Shown: positions 16,718-19,330 of the stretch, piece by piece | How the letters are laid out: every line of letters begins with the position of its first letter | Numbering within the stretch: the first letter of the stretch is position 1 | Assembly: GCA_051866635.1 (NCBI GenBank) | Contig: JBJDXJ010000010.1 | Coordinates: forward strand, 1-19,330 | Length of the DNA: 19,330 bases | Direction: 5' to 3' | From: Clostridia bacterium | GTDB lineage: Bacteria; Bacillota; Clostridia; UMGS1883 | Made by a program: the position numbers and the translations under genes | The notes under the pieces: generated by a model | The model's input: only the letters and a program-made list of their open reading frames with translations | What the model was told of the DNA's origin: nothing | Databases searched by the model: none

Positions 16718-16746
16718 AATATAACACCTTTGTGCAATATTGTCAA
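16718..16746 (-). promoter_or_regulatory. Near-consensus sigma-A promoter with extended -10
   Basis: Minus strand TTGACA (16746-16741), 17-nt spacer atattgcacaaaggTGt, TATATT (16723-16718). Confidence 0.75.
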
Positions 16747-16819
16747 TAACAATTTTAAATTTTTTATATATTTGTGCAACTTTTACAAATATATAAGACT
16801 ATTTTTCACATTTGCGATA

Positions 16820-18871
16820 TTATTGGTTTTGTTTATATTTTAACAAATCCACAAGCTGAACAAATTCGCATCTTAAGCCGTATTTATCTTCTCCTATTGA
16901 ACCTCTTGCCAGCGAAATCACTGACTCATAATTTGCACTGCCTTTGAATTCCGAATCGTTTAAAATCATACCAAGCTCTGCTACTGCCGCCGCAAAAGTG
17001 AAATCAGCATTAAGCTCTTCATTCTTCATATCAGCCAAAGGATATTCACAAAATTCGCTTTCTTCCCCATTGGGCAATTTGTAACGGATTTTAATGTTCA
17101 TAAGGTCCAAGCTGCCGTTTGTGGTAACAGTTTGGTATTTAAGGGAATTTTTCATTTCTCCTCTGCGTGGAACAATTTCATAAAGCACGGTTACTGTAGC
17201 ACCTGCACCTAATTCTCCGGCATCTTTTTCATCGTTTTCAAAATCTTCATTATTCAATATTCTGTTTTCATATCCGATAAGGCGGTACTTCTCTACCGTT
17301 TCGGGATTAAACTCAACTTGGATTTTAACATCTTTGGCAATTGTATATATAGTCTTTGACATTTCATCTACCAGAACTTTTTTTGCTTCTCTTAAATTGT
17401 CGATATATGCGTAATTGCCGTTGCCTTTATCTGCAAGGGTTTCCATCTTGTTATCTTTATAATTATCCATGCCGAAGCCGAGAACGCTCAGATAAATACC
17501 GCTGTTTCGCTTTTCTTCAATGAGCTTTTCCAAATCTGCTGTAGAGGAAATACCCACATTGAAATCGCCATCGGTACAAAGTATAATTCTGTTATTGCCG
17601 TCGCCTTTAAACTTTTCTGCCTGTTCATATGCCAGGTTTATACCGGCGGCACCTGATGTAAAACCATATGCATTTAATGAGTTTAACGCATTAAGTATTG
17701 TTTCCTTTTCGGTTGCAGACGTAGGCTCTAACAGGACTCCTGTTCCCGAGGCATATGTAACAATAGAAATGCGGTCATTTTCCCCTAAATTATCAAGGAG
17801 CATGGAAAGTGCCTGCTTTACAAGGGGTAATTTGTTATATGAACTCATAGACCCAGATGTGTCAATCAGAAATACCAGATTTGAAGGCTTATATTCTGTC
17901 ATCTCCTCACCTGATACGGTAATCATGGCAAGCTTATTTTCGCTGTTCCAAGGGCATATATCCACTGTATAATTTACTCCAAAGGGTTTTCCTTTTTCAG
18001 TCTCTGCTTTTTTGTATGTAAAATAATTTATAAGCTCCTCGCTACGTACAGCCCCAGCCGGAATATTTTGCCCTGTTAATATAAATCGTCTGAGATTGCT
18101 GTAAGATGCTGTATCTGTATCTATGGAAAAGGTGGATAAAGGCGAAGTTACGGTATCTTTAAATATGTTTTCCTCCTCCGACACGTATTCCTCGGTATTA
18201 TAATAATTGTAAAATTGATCATATCCATCCCAGCTGTCATAATCAGCATCAGCGGTTTCGTATTTGCCTACATAACTGTCTCCGCTCAATACCCATCCTG
18301 AATACTGGATCCCGGTAGAATAGCTTACCAACGGCTCATATTCCGTGAGGCTTTCTTTTTCATATTCAATTGCATTTGATATAAGCATTTGGGCTTGGCT
18401 ACGGGTAATGCACTCACCGATAAGAGCATTAACATTATCAGTAATTGCGTACTCAATAGCTTTTGTAATATAATCCTCAGGATATGAGTAGTATTCGTTT
18501 GCAATATCAAAAGCACGACAGACCACCGTTACAGCTTGCTCGTATGTAATATTGTCATCAGGGCGGAAAGTGTTATCGCCATAGCCCAAAAGCCACATAG
18601 CATTAACGGCTTTTTGTATGTATTCATTTGCCCAATGATTATTGTCTACATCCGAAAATTCATAATACAATTCGGTTGTTACTTTATCAGGTAATGCATC
18701 GCATAGCATTTTTGCAAATTCGCCGCGGGAAACAAAGCTTTCTTTTGTAACAGCACTGTCCATAGGCTTTTCAATTCCGATAATGTCGGAACTGCTTTTA
18801 GAAATAATCGGTGCAAATGCCAAAACTATTGCTAAAAACACAGCCGCAGATTTCTTTAAACTTTTCTTCAT
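16820..18871 (-). CDS. Secreted SLH-anchored von Willebrand factor A protein (YfbK / DUF3520-type)
   Basis: Signal peptide. SLH motifs FSDVDNNHWANEYI and GYGDNTFRPDDNITYEQA. YfbK-type PLSTFSIDTDTASYSNLRRF and VRSEELINYF. MIDAS NLVFLIDTSGSM and LCTDGDFNVG. IAKDVKIQVEFNP and YRLIGYENR...DAGELGAG. Confidence 0.92.
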   Translation of the reverse strand: MKKSLKKSAAVFLAIVLAFAPIISKSSSDIIGIEKPMDSAVTKESFVSRGEFAKMLCDALPDKVTTELYYEFSDVDNNHWANEYIQKAVNAMWLLGYGDNTFRPDDNITYEQAVTVVCRAFDIANEYYSYPEDYITKAIEYAITDNVNALIGECITRSQAQMLISNAIEYEKESLTEYEPLVSYSTGIQYSGWVLSGDSYVGKYETADADYDSWDGYDQFYNYYNTEEYVSEEENIFKDTVTSPLSTFSIDTDTASYSNLRRFILTGQNIPAGAVRSEELINYFTYKKAETEKGKPFGVNYTVDICPWNSENKLAMITVSGEEMTEYKPSNLVFLIDTSGSMSSYNKLPLVKQALSMLLDNLGENDRISIVTYASGTGVLLEPTSATEKETILNALNSLNAYGFTSGAAGINLAYEQAEKFKGDGNNRIILCTDGDFNVGISSTADLEKLIEEKRNSGIYLSVLGFGMDNYKDNKMETLADKGNGNYAYIDNLREAKKVLVDEMSKTIYTIAKDVKIQVEFNPETVEKYRLIGYENRILNNEDFENDEKDAGELGAGATVTVLYEIVPRRGEMKNSLKYQTVTTNGSLDLMNIKIRYKLPNGEESEFCEYPLADMKNEELNADFTFAAAVAELGMILNDSEFKGSANYESVISLARGSIGEDKYGLRCEFVQLVDLLKYKQNQ

Positions 18872-18992
18872 GTTTATACCCTCTTTCTGTAATGTGGGAA
18901 AAATTTCCTTTCCTGTATATAATACTTTTTAAAAGATTAAAAAGTTGCATTGACATAATATTTTTTACTATTAAATGAGGCAGATTTTAGTA

Positions 18993-19021
18993 TTGACAAA
19001 AAGTACAATTTATGTTATCAT
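18993..19021 (+). promoter_or_regulatory. Sigma-A promoter of the tRNA gene
   Basis: TTGACA (18993-18998), 17-nt spacer ending TGT, TATCAT (19016-19021), 19 nt before the tRNA. Confidence 0.75.
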
Positions 19022-19040
19022 AACAAAGTAATTTGAATTT

Positions 19041-19116
19041 GGCCTTATAGTCTAGCGGTCTAGGACGTCGCCCTCTCACGGCGAAGACCGGGGTTCGAGT
19101 CCCCGTAGGGTCACCA
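19041..19116 (+). tRNA. tRNA-Glu (anticodon CTC)
   Basis: Acceptor stem GGCCTTA/TAGGGTC, anticodon arm TCGCC-ctCTCac-GGCGA, T arm CGGGG-TTCGAGT-CCCCG, encoded CCA end; 76 nt. Confidence 0.97.
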
Positions 19117-19150
19117 AAAATCGACAAGGTAACAGTACCTTGTCGATTTT
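19117..19150 (+). terminator. Terminator after tRNA-Glu
   Basis: Perfect 15-bp IR AAAATCGACAAGGTA-acag-TACCTTGTCGATTTT directly after CCA. Confidence 0.85.
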
Positions 19151-19164
19151 ACTTTGTGTAAACG

Positions 19165-19197
19165 AAAGAGTCTCGTCCATTGGAGCGAGACTCTTTT
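19165..19197. terminator. Second hairpin, likely terminator for the convergent gene at the right edge
   Basis: 11-bp stem AAAGAGTCTCG / CGAGACTCTTT, 20 nt past the stop at 19217. Confidence 0.7.
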
Positions 19198-19216
19198 CCA
19201 TTTTTTAAAGGGACTT

Positions 19217-19330
19217 TTAATTTTCAGGTTCTTCAACCTTTACATATTCATCGATATTACCTGTTTTAAGATACTGTATCGCCGCAGATAATTGATCATC
19301 ATTTGTAATATCAAAATCGTAAACGATATC
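19217..19330 (-). CDS. 3' end of a truncated CDS, possibly an S41 (CtpA-like) carboxy-terminal peptidase
   Basis: Open frame DIVYDFDITNDDQLSAAIQYLKTGNIDEYVKVEEPEN*. DI.....DDQLSAAIQYL resembles the S41 C-terminal PD.....D.QL..A...L motif. Only 37 aa are visible. Confidence 0.5.
   Translation of the reverse strand, partial: DIVYDFDITNDDQLSAAIQYLKTGNIDEYVKVEEPEN

Noticed and set aside
16772-16788. Rex operator
   Set aside because: The dyad is 17 bp rather than the 18-bp TTGTGAA-N4-TTCACAA, and it has mismatches.
16207-16819. Spacer as a pseudogene or a known riboswitch/T-box
   Set aside because: No frameshifted long ORF and no recognisable T-box, SAM, TPP, FMN or cobalamin consensus by eye. 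An Rfam scan is still needed.
17520-18516. ORFs 17520-17972 (+) and 18325-18516 (-)
   Set aside because: Shadows of the VWA gene.
18950-18976. Second TTGACA upstream of the tRNA as a tandem promoter
   Set aside because: No good -10 hexamer at 16-18 nt spacing.
19041-19330. tRNA-anchored genomic island or prophage
   Set aside because: No integrase and no duplicated tRNA 3' end seen in the window; the downstream gene looks like a host peptidase.

Overview
Low-GC Clostridia-type chromosomal segment, probably from a gut organism (spoVG, bile salt hydrolase and SLH-domain protein present). Left to right: prs, glmU and spoVG on the minus strand, divergent from murC. murC is followed 1 nt after its stop by a cytoplasmic GH50-like glycoside hydrolase. 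That gene converges on a ~1830-aa secreted multidomain heparinase II/III-like lyase. Next come a plus-strand class I/II aminotransferase, an RsmF-like methyltransferase and a family I pyrophosphatase; a ~175-bp nested inverted-repeat element; bsh; a ~610-bp AT-rich spacer; an SLH-VWA (YfbK-like) protein; tRNA-Glu(CTC); and the 3' end of a probable S41 peptidase. The most unusual signal is in the spacer. A near-consensus sigma-A promoter (16718-16746, minus strand) and a perfect 16-bp hairpin (16169-16206) bracket a ~540-nt unit with no long ORF. It carries about nine strand-biased GGA/Shine-Dalgarno sites, five followed by tiny ORFs, two of which are paralogous (MRMTRAV / MKMIRAV...). It could be a CsrB-like sponge RNA or a micropeptide array. 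Also notable are an apparently circularly permuted DNRLRE/CBM96-like module in the lyase and the MITE/REP-like element. All family assignments come from motif recognition by eye, not from database searches.
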